Assembly (NCBI GenBank): GCA_951406725.2
Contig: OX597820.1
Coordinates: forward strand, 8,184,001-8,248,000
Direction: 5' to 3'
DNA from: Octopus vulgaris
Lineage: Eukaryota
Length of the DNA: 64,000 nt
In this document: positions 25,887-37,629 of the stretch, piece by piece
How the letters are laid out: each line of letters starts with the position of its first letter
Numbering within the stretch: position 1 is the stretch's first letter
Notes under the pieces: generated by a model
What the model was told of the DNA's origin: nothing
Seen by the model: the letters and a program-made list of their open reading frames with translations, nothing else
Databases searched by the model: none
Translations under genes and position numbers: made by a program

Positions 25887-25932
25887 AACACCTGAAGAAG
25901 GCTGGAGGGTATATCAGCCGAAACGTTGTGTT
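25887..25932 (+). ncRNA. Minimal type-I hammerhead ribozyme, canonical core
   Basis: aacac-CTGAAGA-a-ggctg-gagggtatat-cagcc-GAAA-cg-TT-gtgtt. Confidence 0.72.
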
Positions 25933-26344
25933 AACAACAAGCAAGATGGGAACGAATATCTGTAAACTGTAAATAATGTACATAATTCTTCACCTCTTAA
26001 ATATAGAACTGTATGAAACAATATTTAGTTTAATATATTTGGAACTGATGCTACCATAGGAGGACTTGAACCCTTTATCAATGGGTTGACAAACTAACAT
26101 GTTACCAGGTTACATATTCATATTCATCCACTGCACTATGAGTGGTGGGCATGTGGTAAGTTCAAAATTGTTTTAAGTCGACAAATATCTTTCAAATGGC
26201 TGGGTCGATGGGGAAATTAATTTAAAGAAAAGGGATCTTTGTTAGTATGAAGGCTGGGAATCCCTGCCCCTCGGGATCAGTTCCCTCTTTACCAACAGCA
26301 GACAAATCATCCTCAAATCACATTAAGATTTTATACACACCCCT

Positions 26345-26940
26345 ATATATTTCTTTTTTGCCCACAAGGGGCTAAACATAGAGGGGACAAACAAGGACAG
26401 ACAAAGGGATTAAGTCAATTACATCGACCCCAGTGCGAAACTGGTACTTTATTTATCGACCCCAAAAGGATGAAAGGCAAAGTCGACCTCGGTGGAATTT
26501 GAACTCAGAATGTAACAACAGACGAAATACCTATTTCTTTATTACCCACAAGGGGCTAAACACAGAGGGGACAAACAAGGACAAAGGGATTAAGTTGATT
26601 ACATCGATCCCAGTGTATAACTGGTACTTTATTTATCGACCCCAAAAGGATGAAAGGCAAAGTCGACCTCGGCAGAATTTGAACTCAGAATGTAACAACA
26701 GACGAAATACCTATTTCTTTATTACCCACAAGGGGCTAAACACAGAGGGGACAAACAAGGACAAAGGGATTAAGTCGATTACATCGACCCCAGTGCGTAA
26801 CTGGTACTTTATTTATCGACCCCAAAAGGATGAAAGGCAAAGTCGACCTCGGCGGAATTTGACCTCAGAACATAACAACAGACGAAATACAGCTAAGCAT
26901 TTCAACCAGTGCGCTAGTGTGTCTGCCAGCTTGCCGCCTT
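26345..26940 (-). mobile_element. Head-to-tail concatemer of SINE family B (three ~180-bp units)
   Basis: Three near-identical units with a single 5' head at ~26890-26940. Confidence 0.88.
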
Positions 26941-27549
26941 TATCATCCACACACCTATATCTATGACTTAATGAAGAAGGGGGGGAGAGTGACGAGGTTA
27001 CAAAGTGTACTTCTAAACTAAAAGACCTTCAGGTCCCGCAGCATGGCTCCTAGGGCAAGTGTCTCCTCTAAACCTTGTGAGCAAATCAGAAAGACAGAAG
27101 CTGAAGGCAACCAAATGTGTGTGCACGTGTGTACGCATATGTACAGACATGTATATAAAGAAAAAAATCATAAAACCAATTTATACACAGACACCCAAAG
27201 TGCAGAAAAAAAACAAAAAAAAAAACATCTCAACTGCACCTGCCATTAGTGAAGCACAAATAAAAGCTAAACATGTGGTAAGAGTATTTTCATGTAGCTA
27301 ATGTTTTACCATTATTTCATTTCAGTTACTTTCATGGACGATGCAGGGCCGGTGCACACTGTGTGTTTGCTGTAGAAATGTTTATCAAGAATGATGATTC
27401 TGAGGCTTTGATGCCACATTTTTATATCAATGGTTGTCTGCCAAGCAAATTCAAGCTTTTTGGGTTTTTTTTCTCATTTTTTGAACCAGTGTCAACACAC
27501 ATACAATACTGTTTATACTATATCTACATATATACATTATTTTTATATT

Positions 27550-27594
<45 letters not shown>

Positions 27595-28261
27595 ATATAT
27601 GAACTTTTTCAAGCGTTCGGTGACTACTCTGCATTTCCTGCATCTCTCCTGGAATGGAAACGGCCAAACTCACAGGAACAACTCAGACAAGTTCCAGCTT
27701 CCAAATCAATGAATAAAGCTCAAGAAAATTCCGATTGAGTATTTTGTTGTCTCTCATTTTTAAACCCAAATGCATGTATATATTTCTCTACAGAAATCTG
27801 TATACACAAATGTGTGTGTATGTATGTATACATGCACATGAATATATTTATGCATGTCATTATATATATATTTGTGTGTTTGCATGTCTATATATATTTG
27901 TCAGTGTGTGTGTGTATGCATGTGTGTCTATATACATATGGAGTGGAGTATGTATGTGGTCATGCATGCATACATATAATTTCTACAAGTATGTAATATA
28001 TACACACATAGGTAGGTGTGTATATAGGTGAAATCAACAGTGAAATGATATATATACTCAGAGATGTGTTGTTAGTGTGTATAAACAGTATGTATATATG
28101 TAGGTCTGAGAGACATTGAGAGTGTATGTATATATATATATATATATAACCATGTCTGTGCATGTATAAATGGTATATATATGCACATGTATATAGTTCT
28201 GTGTTGATGCAGTTCAGCATGATGCAGCAAGGGATCTAATGTTGTGCAACGCTGCATCCAA

Positions 28262-28327
28262 TTATTGCAGCCTTGTTCCCCATTTGACACGTTGCATTAG
28301 ACAACATGCTAACACTGTTCCAATAAT
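28262..28327 (-). CDS. Tetraspanin terminal coding exon 7 (IIGTVLACCLMQRVKWGTRLQ*)
   Basis: tttcag acceptor; TM4 end with juxtamembrane CC; TAA stop. Confidence 0.88.
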   Translation of the reverse strand: MIGTVLACCLMQRVKWGTRLQ

Positions 28328-31300
28328 CTGAAAGAGAAAAAAAAAACAAAAAGGGATGTAGTTAGTTAGTTAGTTAAATTTTTTGGCTCAAAAAGCAAAC
28401 AGCAAGGCCATGTAGGGGGACATGGAGTTATGTACAGGGAGGGTGTTCATGCAAAGAGTTCAAGCCATTTCTGGTCAAGGGAGACTTTGAACCGAGCGGT
28501 CGTCGGCATCTTCACTATCTCGTCCGGCAGCTTATTCCACGGATCCGCAACCCGGACGGAGAAAGCCCTTCTCCTTCGATTGAGATGAAATCGTCGCAGA
28601 TAGAGCTTTTCGGAATGACCCTGCAGCCGACGCTCTGGAGCAGGAGTGAAGAACAGCTCTTTCGAGAGGTTACACTTTCCGCTTATGATGTTGTGAGCAA
28701 GAATGAGATCACCACGGCGGCGGCGTTTTTCTAGAGAATAAAGGTCGAGCGTCTTCAGCCTTTCTTCATAAGACAAATTCTTGAGACCAAGAACCATGCA
28801 GGTAGCCAGCTTCTGGACTCTTTCGAGATGCTGTATGTCTTTGAGGAGATAAGGAGAAGAGGCTTGAATCCCGTACTCCAACATGGGTCTCACCAGTGTG
28901 ACGACGAAGGGGGTGTATGTGTCTGTGGCCACCTCCACTAACTCCGTCACATCCACCCTTAATTCTAACTCCTCCTCCCCAGGAACCACCCACACAAATG
29001 AAAACTGGGCAGGAATAGTGATAAGCTAAAAACAAGGGAACCCTTAAAAGCTGATTCAAAAGAAAATAAAGCTACCTTGTACTGGGTGGTTGGCGGCAGG
29101 AAAGCCATTACTCTGAAAGAGACTGATGAGGGCGATGGTGGTGGCGGCGGAGCCAAATGAGAATGTGCTCCGACTCCACATGAGGCACCCCTTCCCCTCT
29201 CACTGCTATGTCTACCTGTACCGGAGTTCCCATAAACCCCACACTCTAATGCCCCCCACTCCCCGCTTTAAGTTTAGCCCTGTCACCATTTACAGCTTAC
29301 CCCCAGATGTAATAAACCCAATAGACATTGATGGGGGTTTGAGGGGAAGGCGGAGTAAATACGTGACTCACCTGTAAACAACACAAACCAAGACCAACGC
29401 TTCCAATTATGTAGAGATTGTCTTGGAAAAATTCTTCCAATTTACTAGCGCAGCCCTGGAGAACAAGTGAGATATAGATAAACAGTGTATAAACACACTA
29501 CAGTATAATGCTGATTATATATATACATACATATTATATACACAATTCTTTAGAAATGGATTTACATATTACAAACATTTTACAGTGAAACAATAACAAG
29601 AAAAACACACAACACACAGCTATATACAAGCATACAATACACACATTTCATGCAGCTAGATTATATATCATCATCATCATTTAACGTCCGTTTTCCATGC
29701 TAGCATGGGTTGGACGGCTCAAACGGGGTCTGGTAAGCCTTGGAGGCTGCACCAGGCTCCAGTCTGATCTGGCAGAGTTTCTACAGCTGGATGCCCTTCC
29801 TAACGCCAACCACTCTGTGTGTGTAGTGGGTGTTTTTTATGTGTCTCCGGCACAGGGGCCAGAGGAGGCTGGCAAACGGCCACGATCAGTTGGTGCTTTT
29901 TATGTGCCACCAGCACTGAAGCCAGTCAAGGCACTGCTGGCATAGGCCACGTTCGGACGGTGCTTTTTACGTGTCACCAGCACAGGTGTCTTAACTATAA
30001 TTTCCATTTGATTTTTATTTTGATGTTGGTGTTGACGTACTTGACTCAATAAGTCCCCTCAAGAACAGCGGGTCTCATTCTACAATCCAAGGTTAGCACA
30101 TATATATATACACCCCAACACAATGAAAGATTTTCTAATTATTACAAATTATTGATTATATAAAAAAATATTTACAAAAAGACAGTTTAACACTGGCCTG
30201 ATGGACATTTTGTGCAAGTGCTTTTCAACCGTTTCCAGCATTTCACTCGTTATATAACACACACATACACATATGTGAGTGTGTGTGTATGCACACATTA
30301 TTACAATTGTTCGTAAAACACCAGAAAAATTCAGTTTTGACTGAAGTTTTCTGGTGTTTGCAAAGAATTCACTTTCTGATTGCAGAATTCCATCGAGATG
30401 GCGGCAAGCTGGCAGAAGCAGCATTGGCTTGAAGGGCGAAATGCTTCGCAGTAATTCGACCGTCTTTATGTTCTGATTTCGAATTCCGCCAAGGTTCACT
30501 TTGCCTTTCATCCTTTCCCAAAAATTTCTGCGCCTTCTGCTTAGTGTAGAAAAGAATTCTATCCAGATGTGATCTTTGAATCTGGGATACAAATTCTTTG
30601 CATTATATATCACGTATACTAGGAAGGACGCAAATGAAAAAGACCATTGTACACACAGGGCCTATTAAATTCATTTTTTTATTTTATTTCTTGAGGTATC
30701 AAAATTTTCACTCCACATCTGTAACTTTCTCATGTAACATCTGCAATCTTTCGTCAAATAAAAGTGAATTCAACAACAGATTTTGTTTGTCCCTTAATGG
30801 ATCAGAATATGGTAGTCCCATAAGGTTTCATTTTCAACAGGCAAACTCCAGATCAAGTCATTTGGATGGGAAGAGGACATCCCTGATACATAGATAGAGA
30901 TAGACAGATATAGAGATATAGATAGATAGACATAGATGGATAGATATATATAGAGAGATAGACATAGAAAGATAGATATGGAGGGATAGATATATATAGA
31001 AAGATTGATATGGGTAGATATATATATATATAGATATTGATATATAGATTAGATAGATATATATATAGGCAGATAGATAGAGAGATATACATAGAGATAA
31101 ATTCTTTTATATTCTTTTTATTCTTTTACCTGTTTCAGTCATTTGACTGCGGCCATGCTGGAGCACCGCCTTTAGTCGAGCAACTCGACCACGAGACTTA
31201 TTCTTTTGTAAGCCCAGTACTTATTCTATCGGTCTATTTTGCCGAACCGCTAAGTAACGGGGACATAAACACACCAGCATCGGTTGTCAAGCAATGCTAG

Positions 31301-34079
31301 GGGACAAACACAGACACACAAATACACACTCGCATACATATATATACATATATACGACGGGCTTCTTTCAGTTTCCATCTACCAAATCCACTCACAAGGC
31401 TTTGGTCGGCCCGAGGCTATAGTAGAAGACACTTGCCCAAGGTACCACGCAGTGGGACTGAACCCGCAACCATGTGGTTGGTAGACAAGCTACTTACCAC
31501 ACAGCCACTCCTGCGCCTATATAGGTAGATATAGAGATAGATACATACATACAGATAGCTAGATAGATATATATGTATATACATTTATATACATTTGTAT
31601 ATGATGTATATATGTGTGAATGAATGTAATGTAAATGTGTGTGAACTTACCTTGTGGTAGATGTTTGAAGGATGATCCCTCTTGGCACATCCAATACTGG
31701 GGGTTCTACAGCAACTATCAGGCGCTTTATTCTCTGTATTTTGGTCTAACCGCAGCCATCTGCTTGCCCTCCAGTCCTTGTAGTAACCAGCACCACAGCA
31801 GCGAAACTGGGAGAAAAGAGAAAGAGAGGGTGACAGGGGGAGTAGACCCGCTTTAGAGAGGAGGGGGAGGGAGGAAAACAGTAATCTGCAATTGGACAGT
31901 CAACTGGATTAGATATTGCAATCATTATATATTAGACATTTCCCACAATATTTCTGTGTCCCTTTCTTCACTTACTCTGTGCCCCTCTCTGACTTCCACA
32001 GAGAATTCAGTGAACTGATTTTGAGTTACCTCCCCTGTATTTATATGGAAGATGTAATCAGTGCCACCTGGTGGTGATTTTACATCTCCTTAATATTGTA
32101 TCAATTATTATCAGGGAAATATTGTGAGTATTTCACTATACAAGCTGCAGTACAATATAAACGGCAAAATGTCTGTCTGTGTGTGTGTGTGTCCTTTATA
32201 CAACTCCACAATTTTTCAGTTAGAGGGTTCGCACTTTCTATGGTCATTCAAAACCGTCCAAGGGTGGTCGTGCACATCTTTACATTTCCCCAGTCACCCT
32301 GCAAAGCCATTAAAAAATCAATAGAAGTGATATTTTTGTGAATTTTCTATCCAAAACCCAACCAAAATGCCTGAAACTTGATACGCCAATTGAATGCCAG
32401 CTATCTGTATGTGATCGGTCGGAGATTTGGACAGTACTCGCGTGTATGTACGCATGCACGCAGCTGTACATGCATGCACCAGCAGCATGACCCGGTAACT
32501 ATTAATCTAATATCTATATAATACTACTAATTATTACTCTAACCACGAGAAAGAAATTACATTGCTACCCCCACCTGTTTTTTTCACAATGATTTGATTG
32601 GTCAATTACCTGCACCACCACTACCCCACACACCTCATGTTACATATTTAAAGCCAAGACAATCCCAGCGTCTTCAGTGGTTTGTGTCTGACCAGAGGAG
32701 AGGTGAGTGTCAAAACAAACGGGACAGGAAAACAGAGGCACAGAATTTATTCATTGCTAGAAATATGTTGTTTATTAAGCACACAACCAGCAGACTTGCC
32801 ATTAAAGACATTCCTGCCATGACCATCCTGTCATTTTTTAAAGTCTATCTCAGTCTACATTACTCAGTGTGTCCTGTTGTTATTTGTTACGATTAGAAGA
32901 AAATTTGACTGCTGTTTCTAGGAAGTTTAGAAGCATTCAATGACTGCAACAGGAATACTACAACAACAACAACAACAAAAATAACTAGTTTTTATTTAGG
33001 GATAAGGCCTGCAATGCTGATGGGGTTGGAGGGCATTAATCAATTACATTGAACCCCTCAGTATATAACTGGTATAAGGCGGCGAGCTGGCAGAAACGTT
33101 AGCACGCTGGGCGAAATGCTTAGCAGTATTTCGTTTGCTGCTACGTTATGAGTTCAAATTCCGCCGAGGTCGACTTTGTCTTTCATCCTTTCGGGGTCGA
33201 TTAAATAAGTACCAGTTACGCACTGGGGTCGATGTAATCGACTTAATACCTATGTCTGTCCTTGTTTGTCCCTTCTATGTTTAGCCCCTTGTGGGTAATA
33301 AAGAAATGGGTATTTCATCATCCCCAAAAAAGGGATCAAACATTAAACTGAACTGATCAAGACTTGAACTCAGGCTGTAACAATGCAGAACCAATACAGC
33401 AAGATATTTTCCCGATGCTCCACCGACTCAGCCAACCTGCTCAACTCCAGTCCACAAACAACAACTCAGTAAACTTACCGTGATCTGCATCTTGTCAATG
33501 GCTTCAGTCTTTTCTCGGTTGTATTTGTAACTCTCCAGCATTGTGTGGTTCAGACTCTTTTTCAGCTCTGTATTCATCTGGACAAAAAACACAAACAAAT
33601 AAAAACAATTACAATTAACTGGGAAGGCAGGGATGGGTTGTTAAATGCATATATATATATATATATATATTATCATCATCGGTGTTTAACATCCACCTTC
33701 CATGCTAGTATGGGTTGGACGAATGACTGAGGGGTGGCGAACCAGATGGCTGCACCAGACTTCAATCTTGATCTGGCAGAGTTTCTACAGCTGGATGCCC
33801 TTCCTAATGCCAACCACTCCAAGAGTGTAGTGGGTGCTTTCAGGTGTCACTGGCACAGGGCCAGTCAGGCGGTGTTGTGTCTAGAGAGAGTCATTCTCTT
33901 TTTGTGCCTTTATTGAAAAGGATGCAAGATGCAATGAAAATTTTAGAAAAATAAAAAAGGAATAAATGGAAATTTTACCATGAGTGTGTTAAATTACAAG
34001 GCACTAAAACAGAATGACTCTCCGCAGACACAACAGGTATTTATATATGTGTATGTGCGTGTGTGTGTGTGTGTGTGTG

Positions 34080-34122
<43 letters not shown>

Positions 34123-34942
34123 GGTGATCAGTGAATAAACTTCACTGAAAATATATATGTTTACAGAGGCTAGACAGGTATCTCCAGCTAGCAGTCCATG
34201 CTACTCCAGACTGATGATAAGCAAAGACTCAGAACCATGTCTCTGGGTGCAGGCCTGGCTGTTGGGGGTGCTTGTCTCCCCTTTGTAAACATAAGGACAC
34301 AGAAAATGTATCAAAGCCGACAGGAAGCGTCGATGCTTCCTAGGGCTAAATAGCGGTGGTGTGATTCCCCTTATGGGACTGTCACGTTAAGTTGACAGCA
34401 TACTGTAAGTTGGTCATTGTAAAAGAACCATATAGAGGTGAGAATTCCAGAAGGAATGACATTCTGGGGAAGAAGGATTGACCAGAAGAGGGATATAAGG
34501 GCAGTGGGGAGGCATGATATCAGCTATTTCTGGAAAATAAAGGCCATTGTAGTAGCAGTATAAGAAGAGGGGAGAGACTGTGACTACAGCTATGTTACCA
34601 TCATCATCATCATTTAACGTCCGTTTTCCATGCTAGCATGGGTTGGACGGTTCGACCGGGGTCTGGGAAGCCAGGAGGCTGCACCAGGCTCGTCTGATCT
34701 GGCAGTGTTTCTACAGCTGGATTCCCTTTCTAACGCCAACCACTCCGTGAGTGTAGTGGGTGCTTTTTACGTGCCACTGACACAGGGGCCAGGGGAGGCT
34801 GGCAGCGGCCACAATCGGTTGGTGCTTTTTATGTGCCACTATGTTGCCATCATCATCATCATCATTACCATGGAAACAAATAATGTAGAGAAATTTGCAT
34901 AACATTCCAGAACTATAATTTTACTGTCAACTGAAACTAACT

Positions 34943-34982
<40 letters not shown>

Positions 34983-36205
34983 TCAAACTTTATTTACTTC
35001 ATACGTAAATAATAAACCTAGAAACCATACATGTGCATATGCATGCACACTTGCATGCATATATATATACATATATGTATACATGTGTGGATATATGTCT
35101 GTGTGTCTCTATGTAAGTAATAATGCATGTAAACCTATTAAAGAAGGTGTGGCTTTGCTATGGAGGAAAGAAAAATCTCTTGGGTGTTTCCAGACTTGTG
35201 CGGTTACAGGGAGATACAAGTAGATGTGGGTGTTTAAATGCACACACATGGTTGTGTGTGTGTATATGTATGTATATATATATATATATATATATGGATG
35301 TTAAATGATGATGATGATGATGATAGATACATGTACACACACACACACACAGACATAAACGTGTGTGTAAATTGATCAACATTTATGCATAACACAGCAA
35401 ATCTTAGAAAACCTAAAAATAATTTTAAACGGTTAAACTAAAGTTTTTAACTTTCCGCTATGGGACTTTATGCAGATGTAAGTACATTTTGCTATTCTCT
35501 TTATACAGAGAAAAATAAAGGAGATTACCCAGAAATATTCAGTGGATCACTAGTCATGTGAACAACCGGAATATTCCATGGATGCTATGGTGCAGTGAAT
35601 AGGGAAGATGGTTGATAGAGAGACATGGGGGCTCCACAAGAAGTAGGCTTGGTGCAGATGGGGACCTAATTAAGGCTTAATGAGTGAGAAACTGGTATTT
35701 ATATATTTCGCTTTGGGATTTGGTTTGCAAGATTCATTATGCGAGTTCATGTGTTGAAGCATATTGTGTTGTGTCTGGGGAGAGTCATTCTCTTTTTGTG
35801 CCTTTATTGAAAAGGATGCAAGACGCAACGAAAATTTTAGAAACATAAAAAAGAAATAAATGGAAATTTTACCGTGAGGGTGGTAAATTATAAGGCACTA
35901 CTAAAAGAGGATGACTCCCCAGACACAACAGGTATTTAAGGCGGCGAGCTGGCAGAAACGTTAGCACGCCGGGTGAAATGCTTAGCAGTATTTCGTCTGC
36001 GTTATGTTGTGAGTTCGAATTCCGCCGAGATAAATTAAGTACCAGTTATGCACTGGGGTCGGTATAATCGACTTAATCCGTTTGTCTGTCCTTGTTTGTC
36101 CTCTCTGTGTTTAGCCCTTGTGGGTAATAAAGAAATAGGTATTTATATATGTATATGTGTGTGTGTATATATATAATTTTGGTGATCAGTGAATAAATTT
36201 CATTG

Positions 36206-36239
<34 letters not shown>

Positions 36240-37465
36240 CGAAGCCTAGACAAGCACCTTCAGCTAGTAGGCCTTGCTACTCTAGACTGATGATGAGCAA
36301 AGACTCAAAAACATGCATGTCTCTAGATGCAGGCCTAGCTGATTTGCTATGGGAACTGTCAGCTGACCAATTTTAGTAATGATGTTTAGTGTGAAAGAAG
36401 GTTTAAGCCCGTAACCTTCACAGCCCTCCACCGTCAGCAAGACCAACAGGACCAACATTTCTCTTGAGCAACTGTAAGTTGGTCATTGTAAAAGAACCAA
36501 ATAGAGGTGAGAATTCCAGAAGGAATGACATTCTGGGGAAGAAGGATTGACCAGAGGATGCAAGAGGGAAGAGAGACATAAGGGCGATGGGGAGGCATGA
36601 TACCAGCTATTTCTGGAAAACAGAGGCCATTGTAGTAGCAGTTTGTTTGTTTGTTGAGCACAGCGGTCTTCATCCCAGAGCTCGCAAGATCGCGCCTTTT
36701 TAGTGGGAGATGTCCGAAATGTGGTCCTTTGCTATTCGTAAGACCCGCAGAAGAGAAAGCAGGTCAACCCCCGACACCAAGAGCATCAACGGCTGGATGA
36801 ATGCGCATCCAGGCTCAGCGGTTGCGTAGGAAGTTGGGGGGACAAGAAACAGGAAGAAAGAGTGAGAGAAAGTTGGAGCGAAAGAGTACAACAGGTGTCG
36901 CCACCAGCCCCTGCCGGAGCCTCGTGGAGCTTTAGGTGTTTTTGCTCAATAAACACACACAATGCCCGGTCTGGGAATTGAAACCGCAATCCTCCCACCA
37001 CGAGTCCGCTGCCCTAACCACTGGGCCATTGCGCCTCCACTATAGTAGCAGTATAAGAAGAGAGAAGAGACTGTGTGACTACAGCTATGTTACCATGGAA
37101 ACAAATAATGTAGAGAAATTTGCATAACATTCCAGAACTATAATTTTACTGTCAACTAACTTTTCACACACACACACACACACATGTTCAAACTTTATTT
37201 ACTTCATACGTAAATAATAAACCTAGAAACCATACATGTGCGTACGCATGCACACTTGCATACATATATGTATACATGTGTAGCTATATGTCTGTGTGTC
37301 TCTATGTCAGTAATAATATATGTTTATGCATGTAAGTAATAATGCATGTAAACCTATTAAAGAAGGTGTGGCTTTGCTATGGAGGAAAGAAAAATCTCTT
37401 GGGTGTTTCCAGACTTGTGCGGTTACAGGGAGATACAAGTAGATGTGTGTGTGTATGTGTGTGTA

Positions 37466-37504
<39 letters not shown>

Positions 37505-37597
37505 ATAAGCATAACAAATGCGCAACCGGTAAAAAGAACTTTCACCTAATTAAATTACTTAAATTACTTCAATTATTTGTCAGCATTTTCTTCATTT

Positions 37598-37629
<32 letters not shown>

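Larger units (their letters stand above)
25646..25980. mobile_element. Foldback element with ~150-bp inverted arms (Penelope-like inverted pLTR remnant)
   Basis: 25646-25795 is an imperfect reverse complement of ~25830-25980; each arm carries a hammerhead motif. Confidence 0.7.

Noticed and set aside
26433-26966. 177-aa repeated ORF
   Set aside because: Antisense translation of the 180-bp SINE concatemer.
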